Assembly (NCBI GenBank): GCA_963727445.1
Contig: CAVSGI010000021.1
Coordinates: 1-64,000 of the forward strand
DNA from: an uncultured delta proteobacterium
Lineage (GTDB): Bacteria > Myxococcota_A > Polyangia > Polyangiales > B10-G4
Length of the DNA stretch: 64,000 nucleotides
Direction: 5' to 3'
Below are positions 37,859-48,174 of the stretch, piece by piece (within the stretch, counting starts at the first letter, position 1; every line of letters begins with the position of its first letter). The notes beneath the pieces were generated by a model. That model was not told where the DNA came from, made no database searches, and saw nothing but the letters and a program-made list of their open reading frames with translations. The translations under genes and the position numbers were made by a program.

Positions 37859-39007
37859 ATGCCTCGTGTTCTCATCCTCGTCGTCTCGTCGGTGGCCTTG
37901 TCGTCGGCCTGCGACTCTTCAAAAGACCCCCGCCCCCCCGCCCGTCCGCCCGCGGAAGGCTCCACCCTCGATGACCTCGGCGACGACCTCGACCTCGACG
38001 AGCTGGACGAACCCGATGAGACGCCCACTGTCGCGGATCCCGCCGCCAGCGTGGTCGCGAGCTGCATGCTGACGACCGCGGGGATCTGCTACGACGGTGT
38101 CGACGCCCCAGGCTTCCTCTTTCGGTCCGCCACGGCATGCCCTGGCACGCCCTCGGAGGATCCCTGCCCCGACGAAGGCCGCGGGCATGGCTGCATCCTC
38201 TCCGACGGGGTTCAGGCGATGCATCAGTACGGCATCAGTGACGATGACTTCCAGCAGAGATGCGAGACGAGCGGGGGTCACCTCGTGGACGCGAGCCCGC
38301 GCTTCTATCCCACCACCGACCGCGAGGCGGTCCAGAACGCGATGCGCGGCGAAGCGGCGAACGCCGAGGTCGACGAGGTGCGGCATCCGAGCGCGAGCGA
38401 ACGACCTCTCGTCGAGTGGCTCCTCGCTCAGGGGCGCGCTATTCCCGGGCGTGTGATATCGGAGGAGCTCGATGTGGTGCGGCCGTCCCTTCGGGCGGGT
38501 GCCCGGAACTTCGGCGACATGAAAGCGGCCGAGCTCCGCGCGCGTTTCACCTCCGAGCCTCGTGACACCACCGAACCGGTGTTGCTCCTGGCGATGGTCG
38601 CCTTCTCGGCCGACGAGATCCTCTATCGGGCGCCCGCCGTGCTCGCCAGGGACGCGGAGCTCACCTCTTCCCCTCTGCCGCGCCGAGCACCGGCTCCCTT
38701 TCGGGCGTGGGTCGACCACTTGCGCGCGCAGATCCTCGGGCATGCGTGCGAGCTACCGCTCCCGAAGGACACCGACGCCGCGCGGCTCGGGGCCGAATGG
38801 GACGTACCGAGCGTCGGCTGGCTCGAGTCCGGCCAGAGGCTCGACCGCGAGTGCGCGCACACGGCGCGGCGCCTGCGCGACAGTCGTGTCGAGGCGCGCT
38901 TCGCCATCACCCTCTGGGGCGACGGGGAGCCGGGACGCTACCTGCGCGCCCCCTTCGACGTCGACGAAGAGGGCGAGATCTCCTGGCAGCCCGTCGATGG
39001 GATCTGA
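37859..39007 (+). CDS. Hypothetical lipoprotein
   Basis: ALSSAC lipobox, Cys-rich domain. Confidence 0.6.
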   Translation: MPRVLILVVSSVALSSACDSSKDPRPPARPPAEGSTLDDLGDDLDLDELDEPDETPTVADPAASVVASCMLTTAGICYDGVDAPGFLFRSATACPGTPSEDPCPDEGRGHGCILSDGVQAMHQYGISDDDFQQRCETSGGHLVDASPRFYPTTDREAVQNAMRGEAANAEVDEVRHPSASERPLVEWLLAQGRAIPGRVISEELDVVRPSLRAGARNFGDMKAAELRARFTSEPRDTTEPVLLLAMVAFSADEILYRAPAVLARDAELTSSPLPRRAPAPFRAWVDHLRAQILGHACELPLPKDTDAARLGAEWDVPSVGWLESGQRLDRECAHTARRLRDSRVEARFAITLWGDGEPGRYLRAPFDVDEEGEISWQPVDGI

Positions 39008-39079
39008 CCCGACGAGATGGGCCGACGCCCGGGGGAAGGTGACGGCTCCGGCAAGGCGGGGCGGGAAAGGTGGCGAGTA

Positions 39080-39730
39080 TTGGGAAACGTAGCGGACATC
39101 GAGGCGCGCAACTGGGACTCGGTCCTCGAAGGGTTGGAGTCGCTGTCGAAGGATGATGTGCCGTTCATCGAGGCGGTGATCGCGGCCCGAGACGAATTCG
39201 AGAGCGCAGACAACGCGGGACGGTTGGCGGTGACCGCCCTCGAGGGTGCGGCCCGGTACGGGGTGAGCGTCAGTGAAGCGGTCGCCCTCAGCCTGGCGGG
39301 CTTGGTTCACGAGAGATCGGAAGACGCCGATGGATTCACCCGGGGATTTGCGGCTGCTCTGAGGCTCTTTCCCGAATCGGACTCCGCCCTCGACGCGATC
39401 ATTGGGGAGGCCTGGAACAGCAACTACGTCTGCGAAGACGCCATCGAGGGCGGAGCGCAGCGGGCCGAGGACCCCGAGCGCAAACGCCTCCTCGAGTCTT
39501 GCGCGCTCCTCGTCGGCTTCCACACGATGCAGTCGATGCCCCGGAAGTCCGCTCTCAACATGCTCCTACGGAACATCGAGCTCGTGACGAAGCGCGTTCC
39601 CGACTTCGGTGTCACTGACCTCGAGCAGGGCCAGGCGCGAATCGCCACGGTGAACGAGCTGACGACGCTCACGGAATCGGAGTGGGCGGACATTCGGGCG
39701 CTCTTCGAGCTCCTCGGGGAGGCCTCCTAG
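39080..39730 (+). CDS. Hypothetical helical protein (start uncertain)
   Basis: Acidic, protein-like ORF. Confidence 0.5.
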   Translation: MGNVADIEARNWDSVLEGLESLSKDDVPFIEAVIAARDEFESADNAGRLAVTALEGAARYGVSVSEAVALSLAGLVHERSEDADGFTRGFAAALRLFPESDSALDAIIGEAWNSNYVCEDAIEGGAQRAEDPERKRLLESCALLVGFHTMQSMPRKSALNMLLRNIELVTKRVPDFGVTDLEQGQARIATVNELTTLTESEWADIRALFELLGEAS

Positions 39731-39741
39731 GCACTAACACC

Positions 39742-39900
39742 ATGCTCGAGGCATCGACGAGATCGATTGGGCGAACCTCGAGGACGCCTACGGACCCACG
39801 GTCGAGATGCCAGCGCGGCTTCGCGCGCTCGCCTCCGGGAGCGACGGATGGGAAGAGGCGCTCGACCAGCTCTACGCAGGGATCTTCCATCAGGATCGTA
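39742..39900 (+). pseudogene. 5' remnant of a HEAT-repeat-type protein
   Basis: After a 1-nt shift reads IDEIDWANLEDAYG..MPARLRAL...LYAGIFHQ. Confidence 0.55.
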
Positions 39901-39961
39901 CTACCCGTCCCGCGGGTAGCGAACCGCCGGCCGCCGGCGGCGCGCTTCCTTCCTGCCCCGC

Positions 39962-41347
39962 TTAGAGAAGGCAAGACCCATCGACGCACCGACTCTCCCC
40001 GGGACATGCGAAGTGAATTGGGGAGCCGGGCGTGCAAGGCAGGTCCACTCCAGACGAGTCGGAGTAGACCCCTTCCGCGGGGCAGCAGAGCTCGATCGTA
40101 TTGCCGTTGCACGTCGGTGTGGACGGGCACGCGCCTTCGCTCGCGCACACGGCTCGGCCAGCGACGACTTCGCACGAGTTGCCGTATAGGCTGCAATAGG
40201 CGGCGGAAGGTATGGGGTGGCTGCAGTCGATGGCGCGCCCGGAATCGCAGAAACCGTCGGTGCTCACACACTCGACATCCGGCGCGCAGAGTGTGTCTCC
40301 GACGTCGACCTGTGCGCAGCGAAGTCCGTCGCCGCAAGGCAGGAGAGTCAAATTGCACTCACAGCGGTCGGCGCCGTAGCAGACGTATCTGCATTCTCGT
40401 TCGGCCCCCGAGGGGTCGCACGCGGGGACGAAAGTGTCGCGTTGGCACCGGGCGGACGACATTTCGTCTGGTCCGACGTATCCCGCGGTACGACGCCCCT
40501 CTAGTGTGCACGCGGTCGTCTCGACGCACGTCGAGCCACTCTCCAAGGGGGCGACGCGCACGGCACCCAGCGGTGTGCAGTTGAACACCACATCGCCGCT
40601 GCAAAATTCGTCACCGACATCGCATGGGATGTCCGCGACGCATTGCCCCTCCATGCATCGGTCGTCCCCTTCGCACTCCGTCGCTACGAGGTACCCGTCG
40701 GCGGACCCCGCGTTATACGGGAGAGCCGAATCCCCGAGCCGTGAATGCCCGAGCGGTTCGCATTGCGCCGCTCGCGTTGGGGACTGACAGCTGAGCGCCA
40801 GCTCGCCATCCGGTTCCCAATAAGAACCAGCGCTCACGTACGTGCACGCTGGCGTCGCATCCACCACGCACTGCGCCCACACGTACTCCACCTCGGGAAT
40901 CGAAACGCCCGGCCGCGGAGAATGCCCGAGCTGGGTGACGATGCCTTCCACACACACGTCATCAAAAAGGCACGGCTCGAGCGTCATGCGCGCGGTAGCT
41001 GGGTCGCACACCAACGCCCCCTCCTCCACGCAACGACCGGGCGTCGGCGGCTCATCGGGGGATAGCGTAGCGGGCGTACAGGGGTCGCCGGCCGACGGGC
41101 CCGCGTCCGCGTCTGCGCCCGCGTCTGCGCCTGCGTCTGCGTCTGCGCCCACGTCTGCGCCCGCGTCCCCCCCACCATCCGCACCAATTCCGCACACGCA
41201 AGCCTCGAACACACGGGCTCGACAGACTTGAGTTCCCGGCGTGTCAGACCCCGGGCAGGGGCAGGACACGACCCGCCCTTCGACACATTCCTCCGACGAG
41301 CAGGAGACGACGAGAGCCAGTAGCGAAGAAACGAGCACCCAGCGCAT
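39962..41347 (-). CDS. Cys-rich lipoprotein
   Basis: LVVSC lipobox, (AD/AG)n linker, many Cys. Confidence 0.75.
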   Translation of the reverse strand: MRWVLVSSLLALVVSCSSEECVEGRVVSCPCPGSDTPGTQVCRARVFEACVCGIGADGGGDAGADVGADADAGADAGADADAGPSAGDPCTPATLSPDEPPTPGRCVEEGALVCDPATARMTLEPCLFDDVCVEGIVTQLGHSPRPGVSIPEVEYVWAQCVVDATPACTYVSAGSYWEPDGELALSCQSPTRAAQCEPLGHSRLGDSALPYNAGSADGYLVATECEGDDRCMEGQCVADIPCDVGDEFCSGDVVFNCTPLGAVRVAPLESGSTCVETTACTLEGRRTAGYVGPDEMSSARCQRDTFVPACDPSGAERECRYVCYGADRCECNLTLLPCGDGLRCAQVDVGDTLCAPDVECVSTDGFCDSGRAIDCSHPIPSAAYCSLYGNSCEVVAGRAVCASEGACPSTPTCNGNTIELCCPAEGVYSDSSGVDLPCTPGSPIHFACPGESRCVDGSCLL

Positions 41348-41464
41348 GCGAACATGGTGCGCCGCCTGTTCCGATCATTCAAAGAGGCGAGCGCTCGCCT
41401 CGCGGTCCCGGTGGTAGATTCGTCCCTACGTGCGATGACCCCGGAGGCTCAGGCGGCGCGACAG

Positions 41465-42514
41465 TCAATCCACCGTCGCACCGAGCTCGGCAGTCGTGCC
41501 ATCCAGCTCCACCGTCGCGGTGATGCATGCGCACACACCCATCACGCTGATCAGGTCGGCTTGCTCGTAGGCGATCGACGCGAGGGTGGTCGTCCAGATC
41601 TCGGCGACGTATCCGTCGAGGTCGGCGACGAGCTGGGCGATCTCGAGCGCGCCGCCCAGGGCTCCATTGGAGACGCCGTCGACCCCGACTTCGACGCGGA
41701 GCCTGGCGCCGTAGATCGTCAGGGGCGCGATGACGTCCTCCGGTGGGACGGATATGGCGACCGCTGCGTCCAGGGCGCTCGCCGTCAGCGTTCCGCCGTT
41801 CAACGTGCCATCCAGGAAGCGCACCCGTGGGGTCATGCGGTCCGCGAGGAGCCAGTCCGACAGAACGTCGAAGGTCTGCCCGGGCTCATAACGTCCGTCG
41901 GCGCTGAGCGCGGGCGCAGCCACACCCGTGGGCAGGGCACCGAAGACCAGGCTCACCTGAACGCAGTCGTCGTCCACGAGATCGTCGACGTCCTCAAGTA
42001 CGAGGAGCGGAATGAGCTGGCCAGCGGTGATGTTGCTCGTGAAGCTGTCCGCAAAGTTGTCGTCGAGGCCCGCTTCGACGATGGCCACGTTGATCTGGGA
42101 GTCGATGCCCGGCACGGACTCGGGCGGCGGTGAGGTCAGGTCCTGCCTGAAGCAGGTGTCTGCGTCCGAGACGTCGCTGACCCGATCGTCGAGGTCGAAG
42201 CCGAACAAGGTGCCCTCCGCTGTTGGGCGCGCGAGCCTCATCCCGTCGAGCACGAAGACGTAGGTCGCACCTGCGCCGCTCGGCTCACAGCTGGGAACGG
42301 AGTCGGGATCGAGCGCGGGATCCGGGAACATGCACCGTGGCGAGATGGGCTGAGCCGGCGGAGCGTCGACTCTTCCGTCACTCGCCCCATCGATGGCGGC
42401 GTCCATCGCCGCATCGGGCCCGACGTCCGCCGCAACACCATCGTCGCCACAGCCGACGATCAACGTGACTGCGAGCACCGACGATGACGCCGCGATTTGG
42501 CGAAGAAAGCTCAT
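41465..42514 (-). CDS. Lipoprotein
   Basis: LIVGCGDD; GFDLD..GIDSQ motif. Confidence 0.75.
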   Translation of the reverse strand: MSFLRQIAASSSVLAVTLIVGCGDDGVAADVGPDAAMDAAIDGASDGRVDAPPAQPISPRCMFPDPALDPDSVPSCEPSGAGATYVFVLDGMRLARPTAEGTLFGFDLDDRVSDVSDADTCFRQDLTSPPPESVPGIDSQINVAIVEAGLDDNFADSFTSNITAGQLIPLLVLEDVDDLVDDDCVQVSLVFGALPTGVAAPALSADGRYEPGQTFDVLSDWLLADRMTPRVRFLDGTLNGGTLTASALDAAVAISVPPEDVIAPLTIYGARLRVEVGVDGVSNGALGGALEIAQLVADLDGYVAEIWTTTLASIAYEQADLISVMGVCACITATVELDGTTAELGATVD

Positions 42515-42518
42515 GCAA

Positions 42519-44642
42519 TCAATCCATGATACGAGGCGCGGCCTCTGGAACGGGCAGCGAGGTCGAGTCGAGGTTCTGTCCGTTGCCCTGGTAGTCGACG
42601 TCGCGGTTGATCTGGGAGACGTCGAAGGGGCTGGCCTGAACGCACGCCCCGATCAACGAGCCACTCACGTTTCCGTGACGTAGCGATAGGTCCGAGTCGG
42701 GTCCGACCATCACGCCGCAGAGGAATGCGTCGTGTGCGAAGAAACCGTCCACTTCCAGCACCCCCCGGTTGAACGCCCCCAGCCCGATCCCGAACGGCGT
42801 CTCGGCACAGTCCGTCTCGGCGCAGCGTTGAGGTGAAACGCCGGAAAGGGCCAGGCCGCGGACGGTGGCGTGCGCGTCCTCGCCAACGTAGAGCCCGACG
42901 TACTTGTTGCGCTCGACGGTGAGGCGCGTGGCGTCGAGGGAGCCGCCACTGATGCTCAGCCCACCGCCAAAGGCGCCGCCGAGATCGTTACTCGCGGTGT
43001 CGCGCACGACCACGTCTTCGAGGAAGAGTCTGGAGTCGAAGCCGTCGACGCTCAACCCGGCCTCGACGTTGCGCTCGATGAGTCCGCGGGTGATCCGAGC
43101 GGTAGAGGCGAACGTCAGGTGAAGTCCATGCCCGCCCACGGACGTGCCCTCGCGACTGACCGTGTCGCGGATGACGACGTCCTCGAGGGTCAGGTCGCTG
43201 AGGGAGTCTGCCACTACCCCCGCATAGTGATTGTCTTCGAGCAGGACGCGCCGGATGGTCGTGACGGTCTGGACGTCGACCCGAACGCCGAACCCGCCCT
43301 CCAACGACCCAGCCTCGCCGTGGGTGCCACGGATCACGAGGTCCTCGACGTCGGCCGTGGCGGTCAACGACACACGCAACCCAGCGCAACGGTTGCCGAC
43401 GAGCTCGGCGCGACGAAGCGTCAGGTGCGCACCCTCCGTGACGCGGACACCCATTCCCTGCCGCTGATCGTTCCGCCGCGCATGGGTCCCGCGAACCAGC
43501 AGGTCTTCGGCCTCGACGCTGCCGGCGTCCTCAGCCTCGATGCCGAACTGCGGCGCACCGAGGATCGCTACCCGGCGCGCGATGACGGTGCCGTCGGATT
43601 GTGCGTGAAGCCCGCCAGTGTCGCTTCCGTCGGCAGGGACGCCCAAGACCGTCAGGTCCTCGACATCGAGCGTCGAATCCGCACCTTCGACCGTTGCCCC
43701 GCGCCCGGCGAGGTCGATGACCATCGCGCCCTGGATGCTCACGTGGGCCGTCGATTCGCAGGGGAGCTCGCAGACGGAGACCCCCGCGTTCGTGAGCTCG
43801 GCGAAGGTCAGATCCTCTCCCGAGACACGTCCGCCGCGAACCTCGAGGGCGGCCGGAGGCGCGGTTTCGTCTCCCGTGGGCGCGCCTCCCGAGAAGCGCA
43901 CACGCGAGAAGGACGCGTTTCCGGCATGAATGACCGACCCGCCTTCCAGCCGGGAGTCGGAGACGGCGAGAGTCCCGGCGCTGGAGATCGCGTGAGGGTC
44001 GTTTCCCGGTACGGCAGCTACTGCGTGAGTGAAGATCAGATCGCCACCGCTCCCGAGATCGATGGCAGCGTCACCACCCGACGAAGTCACGGTGAGCGCC
44101 TCGAGGCGCACCGGACCCCCTTCGACCACCACCGATCCTTCGATGGACGTCTCGCTGACGCATCCACCCACCAAGGCCACCTCGGTGGTGATGGGCGCGG
44201 AGGGGGCGGCGTGGGCACCGCGGCCCAGCACCACGTGGGACGCACCGCTCGCGAGCGCCTCGTCGATGCTGCCGAAGGGTGTGCTCTCGGCGCCGTCGCC
44301 GGTGCCGCCGACGGACACGTAGACCGCGCCTTCGGGTTGATCCGGTGGGAACGCCTCGCTCGGACACGTCGCGATGGTCAGGCAGCCCACACCCGGGACG
44401 AGAGCTTCGTCCGGAGCGCAGGTTGGCGCCGCGCCCGCCCACCCTGCGCAGTACTCGTATCCATCCTCCGTCGTCTCGACGACCCAGCCCTCGCGACAGG
44501 TGACCATTCGCGGCGCCGGTGGCATCGGCTCGGCCACCGCACCCAGCGTCGTCATCGTGCCGCCGTCGGACGGTGGTGGCGGCTCTTCCTCTCCGCCGCA
44601 AGCCGTGATGACACAGGTGGCAGCGACCAGGAAGCGAAGCAC
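42519..44642 (-). CDS. Lipoprotein with parallel beta-helix repeats
   Basis: ITACGG; repeated (L/V)EDxVIRxT...GxGx units. Confidence 0.8.
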   Translation of the reverse strand: MLRFLVAATCVITACGGEEEPPPPSDGGTMTTLGAVAEPMPPAPRMVTCREGWVVETTEDGYEYCAGWAGAAPTCAPDEALVPGVGCLTIATCPSEAFPPDQPEGAVYVSVGGTGDGAESTPFGSIDEALASGASHVVLGRGAHAAPSAPITTEVALVGGCVSETSIEGSVVVEGGPVRLEALTVTSSGGDAAIDLGSGGDLIFTHAVAAVPGNDPHAISSAGTLAVSDSRLEGGSVIHAGNASFSRVRFSGGAPTGDETAPPAALEVRGGRVSGEDLTFAELTNAGVSVCELPCESTAHVSIQGAMVIDLAGRGATVEGADSTLDVEDLTVLGVPADGSDTGGLHAQSDGTVIARRVAILGAPQFGIEAEDAGSVEAEDLLVRGTHARRNDQRQGMGVRVTEGAHLTLRRAELVGNRCAGLRVSLTATADVEDLVIRGTHGEAGSLEGGFGVRVDVQTVTTIRRVLLEDNHYAGVVADSLSDLTLEDVVIRDTVSREGTSVGGHGLHLTFASTARITRGLIERNVEAGLSVDGFDSRLFLEDVVVRDTASNDLGGAFGGGLSISGGSLDATRLTVERNKYVGLYVGEDAHATVRGLALSGVSPQRCAETDCAETPFGIGLGAFNRGVLEVDGFFAHDAFLCGVMVGPDSDLSLRHGNVSGSLIGACVQASPFDVSQINRDVDYQGNGQNLDSTSLPVPEAAPRIMD

Positions 44643-44744
44643 GGTTCCATCCTACCACGTCATCCGAGCCGCCTGCGCGCGCCTGGCCGCCACTGATCGT
44701 GTCTCGAACTCCGGCCCGTCAGGTGCGTGCTAGCATTCTCCCAG

Positions 44745-45719
44745 ATGCGTCTCTGGCTCGCATGCGCCATCCTCGTACCGGCCTTCGTCGCGTGCGGTGA
44801 CGACGGCGGTGGTGCCTTCGATTCGTCGCTCGGTGACGCGACGCCGGTCGACGGTGCCATGGGCGATGCCTCCGATGCTTCCTCGACCGACGCCGGGGAT
44901 TCGTCGCCGATGGCCGACGCCTCGGCCGATGCGGCACCCACCGACGCGTCCACGCTCTCCAGCGGCGCGTTCCGGTTCCTCACCTACAACGTCGCGGGCC
45001 TTCCCGACGCCATCTCCGGGAGCGACCCGGCGGTGAACACACCGATGATGAGTCCGTTGCTCAACGCCTACGACATCGTCGTGGTCCAGGAGGACTTCAG
45101 CTACCACGCCGAGCTCATCAGCGCCGCGACCCACCCATACATCTCGGGTCCTTCGACCGCACCGACCGGGCTCACCTTCGGCGACGGGCTGGGGCGACTC
45201 TCGATGGTGCCCTTCACAGGCGAGATGCGTGAGCGGTGGGACGAATGCAACGGCATCTTCGGGAGTGGCACCGATTGCCTCGCGGCCAAGGGATTCTCCG
45301 TGGCCCGCCACCAGATTGCGTCGGGTGTCGAGGTCCACGTCTACGATCTCCACATGGACGCGGGTCGCGGGAGCGACGACTACGCGGCTCGTGAAGCCCA
45401 GAGCGCCCAGCTTCGCGCTTTCATGGCAGCCAACTCGCCGACTGCGGCGGTGATCGTCGCCGGCGACACGAACATGAAGGCGGAGGACGAGCCGCTCGTG
45501 CTCGAGCTCCTCGCGATGGGCCCACTCGAGGATGCGTGCCGCACGCTCGCCTGCCCCCAGCCGGAGCTCCACGACCGCGTGATGTATCGAAGTGGCGGGG
45601 GGATCGAGCTCACCCCGACCCTGTGGCAGCTCGATGCCCGTTTCGTCGACGCGTCGGGCGAGCCTCTCTCCGATCACTTCGCCGTCGGCGTCGACTTCGA
45701 GTGGCGCCGCACCGACTGA
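44745..45719 (+). CDS. EEP-superfamily phosphodiesterase lipoprotein
   Basis: TYNVAGLP, VQEDF, LHMDAG, GDTN, DRVMY, SDH. Confidence 0.88.
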   Translation: MRLWLACAILVPAFVACGDDGGGAFDSSLGDATPVDGAMGDASDASSTDAGDSSPMADASADAAPTDASTLSSGAFRFLTYNVAGLPDAISGSDPAVNTPMMSPLLNAYDIVVVQEDFSYHAELISAATHPYISGPSTAPTGLTFGDGLGRLSMVPFTGEMRERWDECNGIFGSGTDCLAAKGFSVARHQIASGVEVHVYDLHMDAGRGSDDYAAREAQSAQLRAFMAANSPTAAVIVAGDTNMKAEDEPLVLELLAMGPLEDACRTLACPQPELHDRVMYRSGGGIELTPTLWQLDARFVDASGEPLSDHFAVGVDFEWRRTD

Positions 45720-45786
45720 GCTCGACGGGCTAATAGAACGTGATCGTCGACGAGACGCTCTCTCGACCCCGGGGGCAGCGGTCCGC

Positions 45787-46836
45787 CTACGGCGTGTGGA
45801 CGTGGCCCCAACGCTTCATGTCTTCGACGGCATCACGAAGTGTTTCGTCGAGCGGGCGGAAATCCAAGCCAAGCTCGCGCTTCGCCTTGCTCGCGTCGGT
45901 CTCGAGGCGGCGCCCTACGTGGGTGCGGACGAAGTCGCCAGCGCCCTTCTTCTCGGTGTAGGAGGCGAGCTTGGTGATCGCCCGTCCGAGCTTCCCGGTG
46001 AGGGCCAGCTTGGGATAGCGATGCTTCCGGTACCCGAGCGAGCGCAGACGATCGATCAGCTCGCGCATCGAGAGCGTGCCAGCGGCGAGGAGGTAGCGCC
46101 CCGATGCCTCGGGCTTCTCCATGGCGAGGACGTGTGCTTCGGCGACGTCGCGGACGTCGACGAACGCCCAGCCCAGCTCCACGACGGCAGGGAACTTTCC
46201 CTCCATCAGTTGGCAGATCACCTCGTTCGAGGTGTTGAGCACGTCGTTGTAAGCGGGACCGCAGACGAGGAAAGGGTTGATGGCGACCAGATCGAAACCC
46301 GGTGCCTCCGACTCGACGAAGTCCCAGGCGGCCCGCTCGGCGCACACTTTCGAGAAGTAGTAGGCATTGCGGTCGAGGGAGGACTTGTCGTTCCAGTCCT
46401 CTTCGGTGAAACGGTGGCCCTCGATGGGCTCGTCGGTTATCGCCGCGCCCGAAGACGTGAGGACGACGCGCTTCACGGTGCCCGCCGACTGGCAGGAGCG
46501 GAGCACGTTGAGCGTCCCCTTCACAGCGGGGTCGACGAGGTCGCGCTGGGGGTCCTTCACGTCGATGACGTATGGGCTCGCGGTGTGCATCACCGCGTCG
46601 CAGCCAGCCACGGCCTCGTCGTAGGAGCCATCCACCAGGAGGTCGCCTCCCACCAGCGTGAGGCGGCCTTCCTCGTCGAGGTCAGTCAGGTAGCCGTATC
46701 GCTCGGCGTCGTCCGGCTTGCGCACGGTCCCCCGCACCTCGTAGCCGCGCTCGAGGAGCGTCCGTACGATGTGCGAGGCGACGAAGCCGGAGGCCCCTGT
46801 GACACAGACGCGTTTGAACTTCTCGTCCCCGCTCAT
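45787..46836 (-). CDS. NAD-dependent epimerase/aldehyde reductase (extended SDR)
   Basis: VTGASGFVASH, HTASP, YYFSK. Confidence 0.9.
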   Translation of the reverse strand: MSGDEKFKRVCVTGASGFVASHIVRTLLERGYEVRGTVRKPDDAERYGYLTDLDEEGRLTLVGGDLLVDGSYDEAVAGCDAVMHTASPYVIDVKDPQRDLVDPAVKGTLNVLRSCQSAGTVKRVVLTSSGAAITDEPIEGHRFTEEDWNDKSSLDRNAYYFSKVCAERAAWDFVESEAPGFDLVAINPFLVCGPAYNDVLNTSNEVICQLMEGKFPAVVELGWAFVDVRDVAEAHVLAMEKPEASGRYLLAAGTLSMRELIDRLRSLGYRKHRYPKLALTGKLGRAITKLASYTEKKGAGDFVRTHVGRRLETDASKAKRELGLDFRPLDETLRDAVEDMKRWGHVHTP

Positions 46837-46970
46837 GGGGCCCATGATGGGGCAGGGAAGCCGAGGCTTTCAACCAACCAAGCGGGGCCCATGCCCGAGC
46901 CTCCGACCTGATTCCAACCGTCGCAGAGCGACTTGGTCACATGCAGGGCATCCTGCTACGACGCCTCCAT

Positions 46971-47945
46971 ATGCTGAAGACCCTCCTCGAGAGATTCCGA
47001 GCGCTGCGCGCCCCGGGCCCCTACGAAGGTCAGTGGATCCACCATCATCCCGCGACTACGCATGCCTTCCACATCGTGATTGGCGTCATGACCCACGGCG
47101 ACGAGGTGGGGCCGCTTCCAGCCGCACTGCGGCTCATGGAGGAGCTGGCCGACGGAACCACGCGATACGGTGGCGCGGTCACGCTGACCATCGGCAATCC
47201 CGAGGCCGGGCTGCAGGGCCAGCGCTTTCTGGAGGACGACCTCAACCGCGTCTTCCTCGATGGGCCACCCAGCCACGAAAGACGGCGTGCGCGAGAGATG
47301 ATGGCCGCCCTCGACGATGGCCATCTCTTCATCGACCTTCACCAGACCGCGCTGCCGAGCCTCGCCGCGTTCTGGACGCTCCCGTGGTCGGAGACGGCGT
47401 GGCATTGGATTCGTATCGCCGGCGAAGGCGATCTCTGGACCACTCGTGCGCCCGGCGCGGCGTTCGCGGAGGGCCGGCGCTGCGGCGACGAGTACATGCG
47501 CAACCGTGGGCTGCCGGGGCTGACGCTCGAGCTCGGCCAGAAGGGGTTCACAGAGGAGAGCGAGGCCCGCGCGTACTCGGTCATGACGCGCATCCTCGCC
47601 GCGGCCGACAACATCGCCCGTGGCGCCGACCTCGCCGCCCTCGCAGCGGAGCGGCCTGACGCCCGCTTCTTGTTGAGCGCCCACAAAGAGCCCTTTGGCG
47701 ACCCCGCCCGCGCGCTGCGCCCGGGGCTCCGAAACTTCCAACCGGTCGAAGCCGGCCAGGAGCTTCAGGATCCCGCTGGCGACGGACCTAAGGTCATCGC
47801 GCCCAAAGAAGGCCTGCTGCTCTTCCCGCAGTACCCGCCACGCGACCCCGACGGCGTCGCCCTCGCGCCGGTGCCGACGGACCTCTTTCACATCGTGCAA
47901 GATGCGCCCGAGCATCCGAGGACGCTCTTCGCGGATCAGGGATGA
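46971..47945 (+). CDS. Succinylglutamate desuccinylase/aspartoacylase family
   Basis: HGDE, GNP, DLNR, IDLH, TLELG. Confidence 0.85.
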   Translation: MLKTLLERFRALRAPGPYEGQWIHHHPATTHAFHIVIGVMTHGDEVGPLPAALRLMEELADGTTRYGGAVTLTIGNPEAGLQGQRFLEDDLNRVFLDGPPSHERRRAREMMAALDDGHLFIDLHQTALPSLAAFWTLPWSETAWHWIRIAGEGDLWTTRAPGAAFAEGRRCGDEYMRNRGLPGLTLELGQKGFTEESEARAYSVMTRILAAADNIARGADLAALAAERPDARFLLSAHKEPFGDPARALRPGLRNFQPVEAGQELQDPAGDGPKVIAPKEGLLLFPQYPPRDPDGVALAPVPTDLFHIVQDAPEHPRTLFADQG

Positions 47946-48174
47946 TGAGCACCCCCTGGTCGAGCAGCTCGGAGACGACCTCCCAGCCTGCCTCGTCTTC
48001 GAATCGCGCCGCCACCTCGGCATCCACCACCTCCTCGAGGGTGGCCGCGCAGCTCAGGTAGAAGTGGAATGCGCCGATCTCCAGCGCGCAGCCGGGAACG
48101 ATCGACACCGACGCGTCGCCCATCGATGGCGCTGAGGCTGTCGACACCCGGCGAGGGTATTCTTGTTCGGAACC

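Noticed and set aside
41100..41166. GCGTCTGCGCCC tandem repeat as a non-coding element
   Set aside because: Encodes the Ala/Asp/Gly linker of a lipoprotein
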